Assembly: GCA_965228895.1 (NCBI GenBank)
Contig: OZ245842.1
Span: 32,001-96,000, forward strand
DNA from: Alphaproteobacteria bacterium
GTDB taxonomy: Bacteria; Pseudomonadota; Alphaproteobacteria; SP197
Length of the DNA stretch: 64,000 nt
Direction of reading: 5' to 3'
Shown: piece after piece, positions 9,443-18,766 of the stretch
How positions within the stretch are numbered: the first letter of the stretch is position 1
Layout of the letters: every line of letters starts with the position of its first letter
Notes under the pieces: model-generated
The model's database searches: none
Told to the model about the DNA's origin: nothing
What the model saw: the letters and a program-made list of their open reading frames with translations, nothing else
Program-made: the position numbers and the translations under genes

Positions 9443-10573
9443 CTAGAAACCGGCTTTGATTTCCTCAAACAGCTCGGTGTAACGCTCTTCGACTTGCGGA
9501 TCGGACGGTTCGAAAAAGATGCCGATTTCAAACAGCGATTCCGGGCTGGTCCAGCCCAGTTCTTCCAGCAACTGTTGATCGGCGATCTCGAACGCCTTGG
9601 CGTTGGAGTGACCGTAGTAGTAGTTCTCGATCAGCCACTTGCCGGACTCGGCATCGAGCCAGGCATCGATCAGCTCGTGCTGCAGGTCGACGTCGCCTTC
9701 GCCGCCGGCAATACGCACCATGCCGCACATCCATGTCCAGATGCCTTCCTTCGGGTTGGCATAGGCGACGGGAACGCCCTGGTCTTTGAGGTTTTTCAGC
9801 GCGGCGTTCCAGGCATAGGCGACCACGACCTCACCGGACGCGATGGCCTGTTCGGCTTCCGACTGATCGTCCCAATAGAAGCGCACGAGCTCGCGCTGCT
9901 TGCGTAAGAGGTCGGCAATCGGTCCTTCGAGCTCTTCTTGCGACGGTGCGAACATGTCGAACCCCAGGATCTGGGCTGCCGCCCAGGCGTTGGCCGATCC
10001 GTTGCGCGCACCGATGCGGCCCTTGTAGCGCTCGTCGAACAGCATCTCCCAGGACTCCTCGCCTTCGTAGAGGTCTGTCCGGTAGATGATCGAGCTGTTG
10101 CCCCAATCCATCGGCACAAAATAGACGTCGCCGTCATAGCTGATGCCGCGGGTGTCGCGCATGCGTTGGAAGACGTTGTCCCAGTTGTTGATCTTCGAGG
10201 TATCGATCGGCTGCACAATGCCCGCATCGGTCCAGCGATCCATGTCTTCGACGCACGGATGGGCGACATCCGGGGTAAAGCCGGCCCGCATCTTCTGCAG
10301 GCCTTCCTCGGAGCCGGCAAAGATCGAGTAAGCGGGTTCGCCATGGGCCGTGACATAGGTCTGGAACAGCTCCGGGATATCGTAGCCCGACCAGGTGAAA
10401 TAGGTGATTTCGCTGCCGCGTCCGTCATTGGCGCGCGCGCTTTGCCCCATCGGCAGTGAGACTGTCGCCAGGCCGGCTGCGGCAAAGGCCGTGTTTATCT
10501 CGCGCCGCGAGACCTCGCCGCGCAAGAGGCGTTTATGAAACCTGTCGACATCGAACTTGCGTTTAACGTGCAT
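9443..10573 (-). CDS. PotD/PotF-like ABC substrate-binding protein, Tat-like signal
   Basis: SRRE leader; FTWSGY, WGNSSIIYRTD, PKEG motifs; GGAGG before ATG 10573. Confidence 0.88.
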   Translation of the reverse strand: MHVKRKFDVDRFHKRLLRGEVSRREINTAFAAAGLATVSLPMGQSARANDGRGSEITYFTWSGYDIPELFQTYVTAHGEPAYSIFAGSEEGLQKMRAGFTPDVAHPCVEDMDRWTDAGIVQPIDTSKINNWDNVFQRMRDTRGISYDGDVYFVPMDWGNSSIIYRTDLYEGEESWEMLFDERYKGRIGARNGSANAWAAAQILGFDMFAPSQEELEGPIADLLRKQRELVRFYWDDQSEAEQAIASGEVVVAYAWNAALKNLKDQGVPVAYANPKEGIWTWMCGMVRIAGGEGDVDLQHELIDAWLDAESGKWLIENYYYGHSNAKAFEIADQQLLEELGWTSPESLFEIGIFFEPSDPQVEERYTELFEEIKAGF

Positions 10574-10703
10574 CCTCCGGGTCCTCCCTGGCGTCATGCG
10601 CCTATTGGATTGGCGGCCGTCAGCAGTCGACTGACAGCCATCAACCAGAGGTTACGCTTGACGGGGGTCTATCGACAAGACGAAGTGCCCGCGTTGATTG
10701 TAT

Positions 10704-11879
10704 CTAGAGCCGGTCCAGGACCCCCTCGGCCATGGCAATGACCTCCGGCAAATAGGTCTCATCGCTGGCGTGGCTGGTCTCCAGAACGCTGAAGAAAGCG
10801 AACACGGCCTCCTTGTCCGGGTCGGCCATAAGGTATTGCCCGCCATAGCCGCCGTGGCCGATGAACGTACCGTTCGTATAGACCTGATTGCGGTAGCGCT
10901 GGCCTTCGCGCGGACCGGCGAGCCAGGTGCCGCCTGCTTGTCGCGTGGACTCAATGAAGGCGCTGTCGCCGACCGGCTCGCCGTGAACGCCCAGACCACC
11001 GCGTGCGAAAACGAGCCCGTAGCGCGCGAGATCGCGCAATGTCAGGGAGCCGCCGCCGCTCAGAACCGGTACGAAGTCACAATCCAGTGACATGTGAAAG
11101 GCGCGCTCCAGACCCGCGCCGTTGGCGATGTCGACGAGGTAGGACTTGAGGTCGCGGCCACTCACAACTTCGGCAATCCAGGCGGCGACGTCGGAGTTGG
11201 TCGACTTGTAATGGGTGATGTTATCGGGATTGGTTGTGCCGTCGTCGACCAGCTTGCAAACGAAGTCGCGCAGGCTCTGTTCGGGTTCGCCCGGCGGCGG
11301 CAGGCGCCAGCCAAGCGTGATCTCCTCGCGGCCATAACCGATCCGTTCGCCCGGTCCCGGCGGTGGGTCATAGGGCGCGGTGTAGTCTTCGTCGAAATTG
11401 TTCATAACGTTCATGTCCAAAACCTGCTGGACCGTCGCGCCGCGATAGCCGCTGCCGATCTCTGGCAGGTAGGTTTCGACCTTGGCCTCCAGATCGACCA
11501 GACCCCCGGCGACCAGGCGTCCGAAGATCAGGTTCAAGGTCGTCTTGGATATCGACTGAATGCTGTGCGGCGTGTCCGGGCCAAAGTCCCGGGCATAGCG
11601 TTCGAACAGGATGTCTCGCCCTTGCACCACGATCATGGCGTCGAACATGGATGTCGTGGTCAACCGCCTGACCTCCGGCATGTCGCCGATGTGCCGGTCG
11701 ATACGCTTTTGCAACGGCAGCACGTGGCTGGACCGCACACTGAACCCGTAGCGGTTCAGCCAGTGGATGTTGCGAAAGCCCCAGCGCCGGACTTCCGGCT
11801 GGTTCCACGCGTTCAGATTGTTATCGCCGACGACCAGATGAGGATTTGGGATGAGATGGGAGGAGATGTCCATCGCCAT
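10704..11879 (-). CDS. Class C beta-lactamase-fold serine hydrolase (NylB-like)
   Basis: S-x-x-K (QSISK), Y-x-S (YKS), GHGGYGGQ. Confidence 0.88.
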   Translation of the reverse strand: MAMDISSHLIPNPHLVVGDNNLNAWNQPEVRRWGFRNIHWLNRYGFSVRSSHVLPLQKRIDRHIGDMPEVRRLTTTSMFDAMIVVQGRDILFERYARDFGPDTPHSIQSISKTTLNLIFGRLVAGGLVDLEAKVETYLPEIGSGYRGATVQQVLDMNVMNNFDEDYTAPYDPPPGPGERIGYGREEITLGWRLPPPGEPEQSLRDFVCKLVDDGTTNPDNITHYKSTNSDVAAWIAEVVSGRDLKSYLVDIANGAGLERAFHMSLDCDFVPVLSGGGSLTLRDLARYGLVFARGGLGVHGEPVGDSAFIESTRQAGGTWLAGPREGQRYRNQVYTNGTFIGHGGYGGQYLMADPDKEAVFAFFSVLETSHASDETYLPEVIAMAEGVLDRL

Positions 11880-11955
11880 GATTTCCGACTCGCCAATTGG
11901 GTTAGTGGTTGTGGGCTAGCGGTGGTTTAGCAGGTGAATGCGCTATTGCCCGGCC

Positions 11956-11990
11956 AAAAAAAGAGGCGCGGCGATCGCTCGCCGCGCCCC
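11956..11990 (-). terminator. Rho-independent terminator
   Basis: 12-bp GC stem followed by U7 on the minus strand. Confidence 0.85.
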
Positions 11991-12013
11991 TGACGGATGC
12001 CCTCTTGATAAAA

Positions 12014-13138
12014 CTAGAGGCCGACCTGGATATCCTCCCAAAGCTGAAGCTGCTTGGCGTCCTGCTCAGGATCGGGCGTGATAAAGAAGGTCGTGCCCGC
12101 CATCAACGCCTCGGGGTCGTCGTAACCGAGTGCGATGACAACCTCAGGATCGGCCAGTTTAAACGAGTTCTGGTTGCCGTGGCCGTAGCCATAGGCCTCG
12201 ATCAGGAACTTGCCGGCCTCCGGCGCAAGCCAGGCGTCGATGAAGTCGTAGGCCATCTGATCGTCGCCTTCGCCGCTACTCATACGCACCAGGCCACAGG
12301 CCCAGCCGAACGCGCCTTCCTTGGGCGCTGCAAAAGCAACAGGGATACCTTCCTCGGTCAGGTTGACCAAGGCCTCGTTCCAGGCGTAACCGGCGACGCA
12401 TTCGCCGCTGGCAATGGCCTGTTCCATGTCGGTCTGGCTCTCCCAGTAGAAGCGCACCAGCGGACGCTGTGCACGTGCCATGTCGCCGGCCTCGGCCAAC
12501 TGTTCGTCGGTCGGATTGAAAACGTCATAGCCCAGGATCTTGAGCGCGATGGAGAGGTTGACATAGGTGCCGCGTGCACAGATGCGGCCGGCATACCGTT
12601 CGTCGAACAGCATGTTCCAGGTCTCTTCGCCCTCGTAGATGTCGGTGCGGTAGATGATCGACGACAGGCCGAAATCGGTGATGACCATATAGAGGTCACC
12701 GTCGATCGCCGCGCCGTTCATGGTCTGCAGGGACGGGAATACATCCGGCCAGTACTGCAGCCGTGACGTGTCGATCGGCGACAGAATGCCGGCATTGTGC
12801 CACTTCTGCACGTTGTCAATGCAGGGATGCGACAGGTCCGGTGAGAAACCGGCGCGGATCTTCTGCAAGCCGTCTTCGGCGGAGGCGAAAACTGACCAGT
12901 TCGGTGATTCGCCGTACTCATCAATGAACTCTTGATGCAGTTCCGGTACTTCATAGCCGGACCAGGTGAAGTAGTTGATCATGTCGCCGGGGGCAGCTTG
13001 GGCGCCGGTCGTCATGGAGTTCGTCACCGGAACGATGCCGGCCGCCGCTGCGGCGCCCATGAAGGTCCGGCGGTTGATACGGCCGTGGATCAGGTCGTTC
13101 TGAAGCTTCTCCACATTGGGTTTGCGAAGGAAATGCAT
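12014..13138 (-). CDS. Second PotD/PotF-like substrate-binding protein, Tat signal
   Basis: NRRTFM twin-arginine motif; clear paralogue of 9443..10573; GGAG before ATG 13138. Confidence 0.88.
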   Translation of the reverse strand: MHFLRKPNVEKLQNDLIHGRINRRTFMGAAAAAGIVPVTNSMTTGAQAAPGDMINYFTWSGYEVPELHQEFIDEYGESPNWSVFASAEDGLQKIRAGFSPDLSHPCIDNVQKWHNAGILSPIDTSRLQYWPDVFPSLQTMNGAAIDGDLYMVITDFGLSSIIYRTDIYEGEETWNMLFDERYAGRICARGTYVNLSIALKILGYDVFNPTDEQLAEAGDMARAQRPLVRFYWESQTDMEQAIASGECVAGYAWNEALVNLTEEGIPVAFAAPKEGAFGWACGLVRMSSGEGDDQMAYDFIDAWLAPEAGKFLIEAYGYGHGNQNSFKLADPEVVIALGYDDPEALMAGTTFFITPDPEQDAKQLQLWEDIQVGL

Positions 13139-13378
13139 GAATGGCTCTCCAAGATCGTGTTTGCCTCGTTTGGGCCGATTGCCCTTGTTTTTTTGCCGTC
13201 TCATAAGTGGCGGCGGTGAGTGGACGACTCGGCGTAGCGACATCTTAGGACAGATTTTCGGCATGTCGTCAGGTCAAACCCGACAATTCTGACGAATCGT
13301 GGCAAGAATTAGCCGGACAGCATCAAAGACGCGTGTTCCCGGCCAGTTTGTGCGGTGTTTGGTTGATCGACCTAATCT

Positions 13379-13723
13379 TTAGGTTGAACCGCCGGCGCAC
13401 CGGACGCAGGCGGCGGCTGCCGGATCCAACTCAAGCCGTTTTGGCGCGATTTCTTCACCACAGGAAACACAATAGCCGTATTCGCCCGCTTCCAGCCGCG
13501 CCATCGCCTCGTCGATGCGGCGAAGCTCGGCCTTGCGCCGGCCCGCCTGGGCTTCGGCCATTGCCTGGACCTGCAGCGCGTCCATGCGCGACAGTCGGCC
13601 GACGCTCTGCTGATCCAGCTCGACCGGCGCCCGGTCGCCGGCCGTCGCCGCCTCATCGGCCAGCAATTCGGCGTGGCGGGCCTCCAGTTTCTGGCGCAGG
13701 CCATCGATTTTCATGTCATTCAT
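13379..13723 (-). CDS. TraR/DksA C4 zinc-finger protein
   Basis: LDQQSVGRLSRMDA; GEYGYCVSCGEEI...RL...P....CVRC; start trimmed from the ORF track. Confidence 0.9.
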   Translation of the reverse strand: MNDMKIDGLRQKLEARHAELLADEAATAGDRAPVELDQQSVGRLSRMDALQVQAMAEAQAGRRKAELRRIDEAMARLEAGEYGYCVSCGEEIAPKRLELDPAAAACVRCAGGST

Positions 13724-13804
13724 GACGCGGTATGATGCGCCGGATGCGGGTCCGGGGGCAAAGAGATTGCGGCGCGGCTCGCACACCACAGGAAGGGGAA
13801 TTGA

Positions 13805-14197
13805 ATGTCTGATCCATCGACCCAGTCCGGCGACAATCTGCCGACCAAGAAGCCCGATGACACGGGCATGCCGCTCATCATCTACATTCTCTATCTTGCC
13901 GCCTTTGTTGTCGGCATTACGGCGCTGATCGGCGTCATCATGGCCTATGTGCAGAAAGGAAATTCGTCGGCTTTCATCGAAAGCCACTATCAGTTTCAGA
14001 TCCGCACGTTTTGGATGTCACTTGTCGGTTGGATCATCGGCATAGCACTGACATTCGTCTTTATCGGTATCATCGTGCTTATCCTGGTTGCCATCTGGTA
14101 CATCATCCGATGCGTCAAGGGCATCATGTGGCTCCAGAACGGTGAAGCGGTGCCCGATCCAGAATCCTGGATGTTCGGAACGGCCAAATCGACATAG
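13805..14197 (+). CDS. Small membrane protein (DUF4870-like)
   Basis: Three TM segments, SHYQFQIRTFW. Confidence 0.75.
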   Translation: MSDPSTQSGDNLPTKKPDDTGMPLIIYILYLAAFVVGITALIGVIMAYVQKGNSSAFIESHYQFQIRTFWMSLVGWIIGIALTFVFIGIIVLILVAIWYIIRCVKGIMWLQNGEAVPDPESWMFGTAKST

Positions 14198-14213
14198 GGC
14201 ACATTCACATTTC

Positions 14214-15566
14214 ATGACCAACAACCCTTTTGCCGGCTGCCGCCATGCTGACGATGTGGCGGCAGCCCTGGAGGCAAACGGCATTCGCGCCGTCCATATC
14301 GGAATCTTTGACGTCGACGCGCGCTTCCGCGTCAAGCGTGTGGACACCGCGAAGTTCCTGAAGCTGCTTAGATCGGGTTACGAGTTCTGCAAGGTGCTCT
14401 ATCAGTGGGACACCGCGGAACTGCCCTATGGCCAGGGTTCGTGGGCCGACGTGCCGGCGCCGATCGATCCGGCGAGTGGCCGGCTGTTTCCGTTCGCCGA
14501 CGGCGAGGCGGTGTTCGTTGCCGAGTTCACCGAAGAGATTGGCGAGCTGGCGCCGCGTAATCTTCTCCGGCGCCAGCTTGATCGCGCCGCGGACATGGGT
14601 TTCTCGGTCAAGGCCGGCTTCGAATACGAGTACTTCATCCTCGACGAAACGCCGGCCAGCGTGCGCGAGAAAGGTTACCGCGACCTCACGTCCTGGCAGC
14701 CGGGCAACAGCACCTATTCGCTGGTGCCCTCGATCGAGACCGACTTTGTCGCCGGCCTGGAAGCGGTTATGGCCGATCTCGACGTGCATTTCGATGCCTT
14801 CCATACCGAACAGGGCCCGGGTTGTCTGGAAACGGCGCTGAAGGCCGGCGAAGGCATGCGTGCGGCCGATGCGGCGGCGTTCTTCAAGGCCTACACCAAG
14901 GCTTACTGTCAGCGCCAAGGCCTGATGGCGACGTTCATGGCCAAGTGGTCGAACGCGACGAACGGCCAGTCCGGCCACATGCACATTTCGATGCAGGATG
15001 AGGCCGGCGCGCCCGTCTTCCACGATGCCGACGAGCCGGAGGGGCTGAGCCAGACCATGCGTCATTTTGTCGGCGGGCTGGTGCGTTTGCTGCCCGAGAC
15101 GCTGGCCATGTGCAGCCACACGGTCAACGCCTATCGGCGCATGATACCCGGCATCTGGGCACCGCTGACGGCGACATGGGGCGTACAGAACCGCACCTGC
15201 GCCTTTCGCATTATCAATCCGGAACCGGACGCGACGCGTGTCGAGTTCCGTGTGCCCGCCGCTGACGCCAACCCGCATCTGACGCTCACCCAGTGTCTGG
15301 GCGCCGGTCTATGGGGTATCGAAAACCGCATCGAACCGCCGCCGCCGACCGATGATGAGGCAACGGTCGACGATGCGCCCGCTGACCAGCGGTTGCCGCG
15401 CAACCTGTTGGAAGCAGCCGAACGGTTGGACCAATCGGCAACCGCGCGCGAGGTCTTTGGCGACGCCTTTGTCACCAATTTCGCGCGCACGCGGCGATGG
15501 GAAGACGATGTCTTCCGCCGCCATGTCAGCGACCTCGATACCGCCCGCTATCTCGACGTCTTTTAG
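14214..15566 (+). CDS. Glutamine synthetase-like enzyme (gamma-glutamyl-amine ligase type)
   Basis: EYEY, HTEQGPG..E, SGHMHIS, NRT..FR, RVEFR..ADANP. Confidence 0.9.
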   Translation: MTNNPFAGCRHADDVAAALEANGIRAVHIGIFDVDARFRVKRVDTAKFLKLLRSGYEFCKVLYQWDTAELPYGQGSWADVPAPIDPASGRLFPFADGEAVFVAEFTEEIGELAPRNLLRRQLDRAADMGFSVKAGFEYEYFILDETPASVREKGYRDLTSWQPGNSTYSLVPSIETDFVAGLEAVMADLDVHFDAFHTEQGPGCLETALKAGEGMRAADAAAFFKAYTKAYCQRQGLMATFMAKWSNATNGQSGHMHISMQDEAGAPVFHDADEPEGLSQTMRHFVGGLVRLLPETLAMCSHTVNAYRRMIPGIWAPLTATWGVQNRTCAFRIINPEPDATRVEFRVPAADANPHLTLTQCLGAGLWGIENRIEPPPPTDDEATVDDAPADQRLPRNLLEAAERLDQSATAREVFGDAFVTNFARTRRWEDDVFRRHVSDLDTARYLDVF

Positions 15567-15586
15567 ACGACCGAAAGAAAACGCGC

Positions 15587-16810
15587 TCAGCCGTTGTTGA
15601 CGGTGAAGAGCTCTTGGTCCGTGTCGACGCCGCGCAAGTGATGACGGCCGACGCTTTTGAGCGACCGGCCGCAGCGCTCGCTGGCCAACGCAAAACTGGG
15701 CGAGGTGAGCAGCGCGTAACCCAGTTTGTCGCACAGACCTTCGATGCGGCTTGCCTCGTTCACCGCAGGCCCGATCACCGTGAAGTCCAGCCGGTCGACC
15801 GTGCCGACATTGCCGTAGAGCACATCGCCCAGATGCAGCGCGACATCCAGCATCATCGGCTTGCCCGTGTCCGGTTCCTCTATCGATGCCACCGCGGTGA
15901 TTGCCTCATCGGCCGCATCCAGTGCGCCCTGGCAAAGGTCGTCGTCATTGCGACCCTGGCGATCGAAGACGGCGAGCACGCCGTCGCCCATGAACTTCAA
16001 GACCTCGCCGCCGCGCCGTGTAACCGGCTCGACCATGGCATCGAAGCAGGCATTCAGAAGGCTTGCGACCGCCTCCGTCGGCAAACGATCGGACAAGGTC
16101 GTGAAGCCGCGCAGATCGGCAAACAGGATTGCCGCGGGAATGGTGCGAAACGTGCCGCGACGGAACGCGCCGTCAAGTATGCGCTGTCCGGCGTCGTGGC
16201 CGACATAGGTCTCCAAGAGGTTCATTGATATCTGATGGCCGAGCGTGGATTTGACCGCGAGCGCCAGGCGCGGCATCAGGCGTTCCAATATCTCGACTTC
16301 GCTATCGAGAAAGCCGCCATCGCGATCGGTCAACCACGTCGACACCATGCCGCTTCGATAATCGAATTCACTGCCGCGTCCGAAACCGATCAACCGCGCC
16401 AAATACTCGGTCGCACCGAGGTCACGAAACTCCTCGAACAAGGGAAAGGCGAGCCCATCATTGCCTTGATCAAGGCGCGTGCGCTGGGTGCGCTGGTCGT
16501 TGTTTTCGACCAGGCTGCGTATCGGGCTTTTCTGCCAGCCATCAAGATTTTGATCGGCAAACGCGTTGGCGTTGACGTCGATGCCGCTGTCGCGACGCCA
16601 GATATGGGTGACCGAGTCGATGACCGGGTGCATCGTGCGTGTCGAGACATTGGCGCGTAGCAGCCGAAAGCCGATGCGATCGTTCAACTGCTCGCAAACG
16701 CCCGCCAGCATAGTGCCAATGGGCATCTGCTTCAGGCCACAATCGATCAGCCAGTCGCTGACCGGTTGAAGACGCGGGTCGGCAAAAGCCGGGTACTCGG
16801 GCGGCGGCAC
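15587..16810 (-). CDS. Class III adenylate/guanylate cyclase
   Basis: FADLRGFT, KFMGDG, DFTVIGPAVNEASR. Confidence 0.92.
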   Translation of the reverse strand: MPPPEYPAFADPRLQPVSDWLIDCGLKQMPIGTMLAGVCEQLNDRIGFRLLRANVSTRTMHPVIDSVTHIWRRDSGIDVNANAFADQNLDGWQKSPIRSLVENNDQRTQRTRLDQGNDGLAFPLFEEFRDLGATEYLARLIGFGRGSEFDYRSGMVSTWLTDRDGGFLDSEVEILERLMPRLALAVKSTLGHQISMNLLETYVGHDAGQRILDGAFRRGTFRTIPAAILFADLRGFTTLSDRLPTEAVASLLNACFDAMVEPVTRRGGEVLKFMGDGVLAVFDRQGRNDDDLCQGALDAADEAITAVASIEEPDTGKPMMLDVALHLGDVLYGNVGTVDRLDFTVIGPAVNEASRIEGLCDKLGYALLTSPSFALASERCGRSLKSVGRHHLRGVDTDQELFTVNNG

Positions 16811-16824
16811 GGATGCCGACAGCG

Positions 16825-17346
16825 TCAGATCACTTCGATGCTGGTCGCCAGCGGGCCACGATCGCCCATTCTCGACTCGACCCTTACACGCTGACGCGGC
16901 TGCAGCATTGGAATGCCCGCATGCTCCAAGACGCGCGCGGAAACGAACACATCACGGCTACCGTCGTCTGGCGTAATGAATCCGAAACCCTTCTGCATGT
17001 CGAAGAACTTCACCATGCCTTCGACCGTCGTTGCCGGCCCAAAGTCCTGTGGTTCGTGACGCCGAGGCGGCGGCGCCTGATCCTCCGTCGCGGTCGATAA
17101 ATCGATGCTGTAGATCTCGGCCACTTGCAGGCCGCGCTGGCCCTCGGTCACTTCGCAAACCACGGTCGCACCGTTCGGCAGGGAACGCTCACCCAGTCGC
17201 TCGACAACAGAGATATGCAGAAACGCATCGGATGTGCCGTCCGACAACTGCACAAATCCAAAACCCTTGGTTGGATTAAACCACTTGACGGTCGCCGATA
17301 CGCCGGCCTGGCCGCCACCGTACCGGCCCTCTAACTCATCTGACAT
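16825..17346 (-). CDS. Cold-shock protein with two CSD domains
   Basis: Two RNP1/RNP2 sets: VKWFN..KGFGF..FLH and VKFFD..KGFGF..VFV. Confidence 0.92.
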   Translation of the reverse strand: MSDELEGRYGGGQAGVSATVKWFNPTKGFGFVQLSDGTSDAFLHISVVERLGERSLPNGATVVCEVTEGQRGLQVAEIYSIDLSTATEDQAPPPRRHEPQDFGPATTVEGMVKFFDMQKGFGFITPDDGSRDVFVSARVLEHAGIPMLQPRQRVRVESRMGDRGPLATSIEVI

Positions 17347-17683
17347 CAGCTCACAGCTCCTTCCATCCCCTCGGGAAATCGCTGCAACGAAATGGTCGCC
17401 GAGGAGACGGCTCTCTTACAACGATATCCCCGCACGAACTCGCGCGGCGGCGATCGGTTCGTGACGAAGATCAAGAGCGGCATCTGGCCATTCGAACTCT
17501 TTTTGCCACCCTGACATAAGTATCCTGCACGAATTCTGCGCCCGGCGGCAAACGGATTCGCCACAGGAAAACCGGCGCTAAAATTGGGTCAGTGCGGCTG
17601 TGGCGTTTGCGCCCGGAGCGTCTAAACTGCTGCACCGCATATTAAAACCGCGCCTTGAGGCGCGTGAGTCGAAAGGGGAATCG

Positions 17684-18616
17684 ATGAAACACACGATCCA
17701 TAGTCACCATAGTCATTTCGGCTGGGACAACAGCAATGCGCCGGTTTTGACCATTGCGCCGGGTGATGAGGTCGCGTTTGACACGGTCGATTCTTCCGGC
17801 GGTCAGTTGTCGCCCGACTCCACTGTCGACGACATCGCGGCGCTCGATTTCGGCAAGATCAATCCGGTGACCGGTCCGGTGATCATCGATGGCGCCGAAC
17901 CGGGCGATGCTCTCAAGATTACGTTACTGGATTTCACACCGTCGGGATGGGGTTGGACGGCGCTGATTCCAGGCTTCGGATTGTTGGCCGATCAGTTCGA
18001 AGAACCGGCGCTGCATATTTGGACGTACGAAGCCGATAGCCTGAAGCCCGCCGCCTATGGCCCGGGCGGACGGGTGCCGCTGAAACCGTTCGCCGGCACG
18101 ATCGGTTTGGCGCCTGCCGAAGCCGGTCTGCACAGCATCGTGCCGCCGCGCCGCATGGGCGGCAACATGGATATCCGCGACATGTGCGTGGGCACCGAAC
18201 TCTATCTGCCGGTCGAGGTTGTCGGCGCCATGTTCTCGATCGGCGATACGCATGCCGCGCAAGGTGACGGCGAGGTGTGTGGTACCGCGATCGAAAGCCA
18301 GATGGCCGTCGCCTGCAAGTTCGAGCTGGAGAAAGGCGCCAACCTCGCGTTCCCGCGCTACACCACCGCCGGACCGGTCAGCCGCCATTTCGACGAAAAG
18401 GGTTACGAGGTGACAACCGGTGTCGGGCCCGACTTGATGCAAGGCGCCAAGGACGCGGTTGCCGGCATGATCGACCTGTTGACCGCACGTCACGGCATGG
18501 CGCCGGAAGAAGCCTACATGCTGGCCAGCGTGTGCGGTGACTTACGCATCAGCGAAATCGTCGACATGCCCAACTGGCTTGTGTCGTTCTATTTCCCGCG
18601 TGTCGTGCTGGACTAG
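17684..18616 (+). CDS. Acetamidase/formamidase family protein
   Basis: GGNMD, GDTHAAQGDGEVCGTAIE. Confidence 0.92.
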   Translation: MKHTIHSHHSHFGWDNSNAPVLTIAPGDEVAFDTVDSSGGQLSPDSTVDDIAALDFGKINPVTGPVIIDGAEPGDALKITLLDFTPSGWGWTALIPGFGLLADQFEEPALHIWTYEADSLKPAAYGPGGRVPLKPFAGTIGLAPAEAGLHSIVPPRRMGGNMDIRDMCVGTELYLPVEVVGAMFSIGDTHAAQGDGEVCGTAIESQMAVACKFELEKGANLAFPRYTTAGPVSRHFDEKGYEVTTGVGPDLMQGAKDAVAGMIDLLTARHGMAPEEAYMLASVCGDLRISEIVDMPNWLVSFYFPRVVLD

Positions 18617-18766
18617 GATCGAGGACCGACAAACTCTCGGTACCAATCGGCGATAGCCGTTCCTATCGCATCAGGACTGATCTTCTTGAACAAAGTGGCT
18701 GCCGGTCACTGTGACCTCGTGCTGATTTGGCCAGGTGCGGCAGAACGTCCGCTGGCGCCCGGTTGT
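18613..18766 (-). pseudogene. C-terminal remnant of a haloalkane dehalogenase (LinB/DhaA-type), frameshifted
   Basis: [29 protein letters not shown] (+1 nt) [21 protein letters not shown], resembling the recalled LinB C-terminus [35 protein letters not shown]. Confidence 0.85.
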
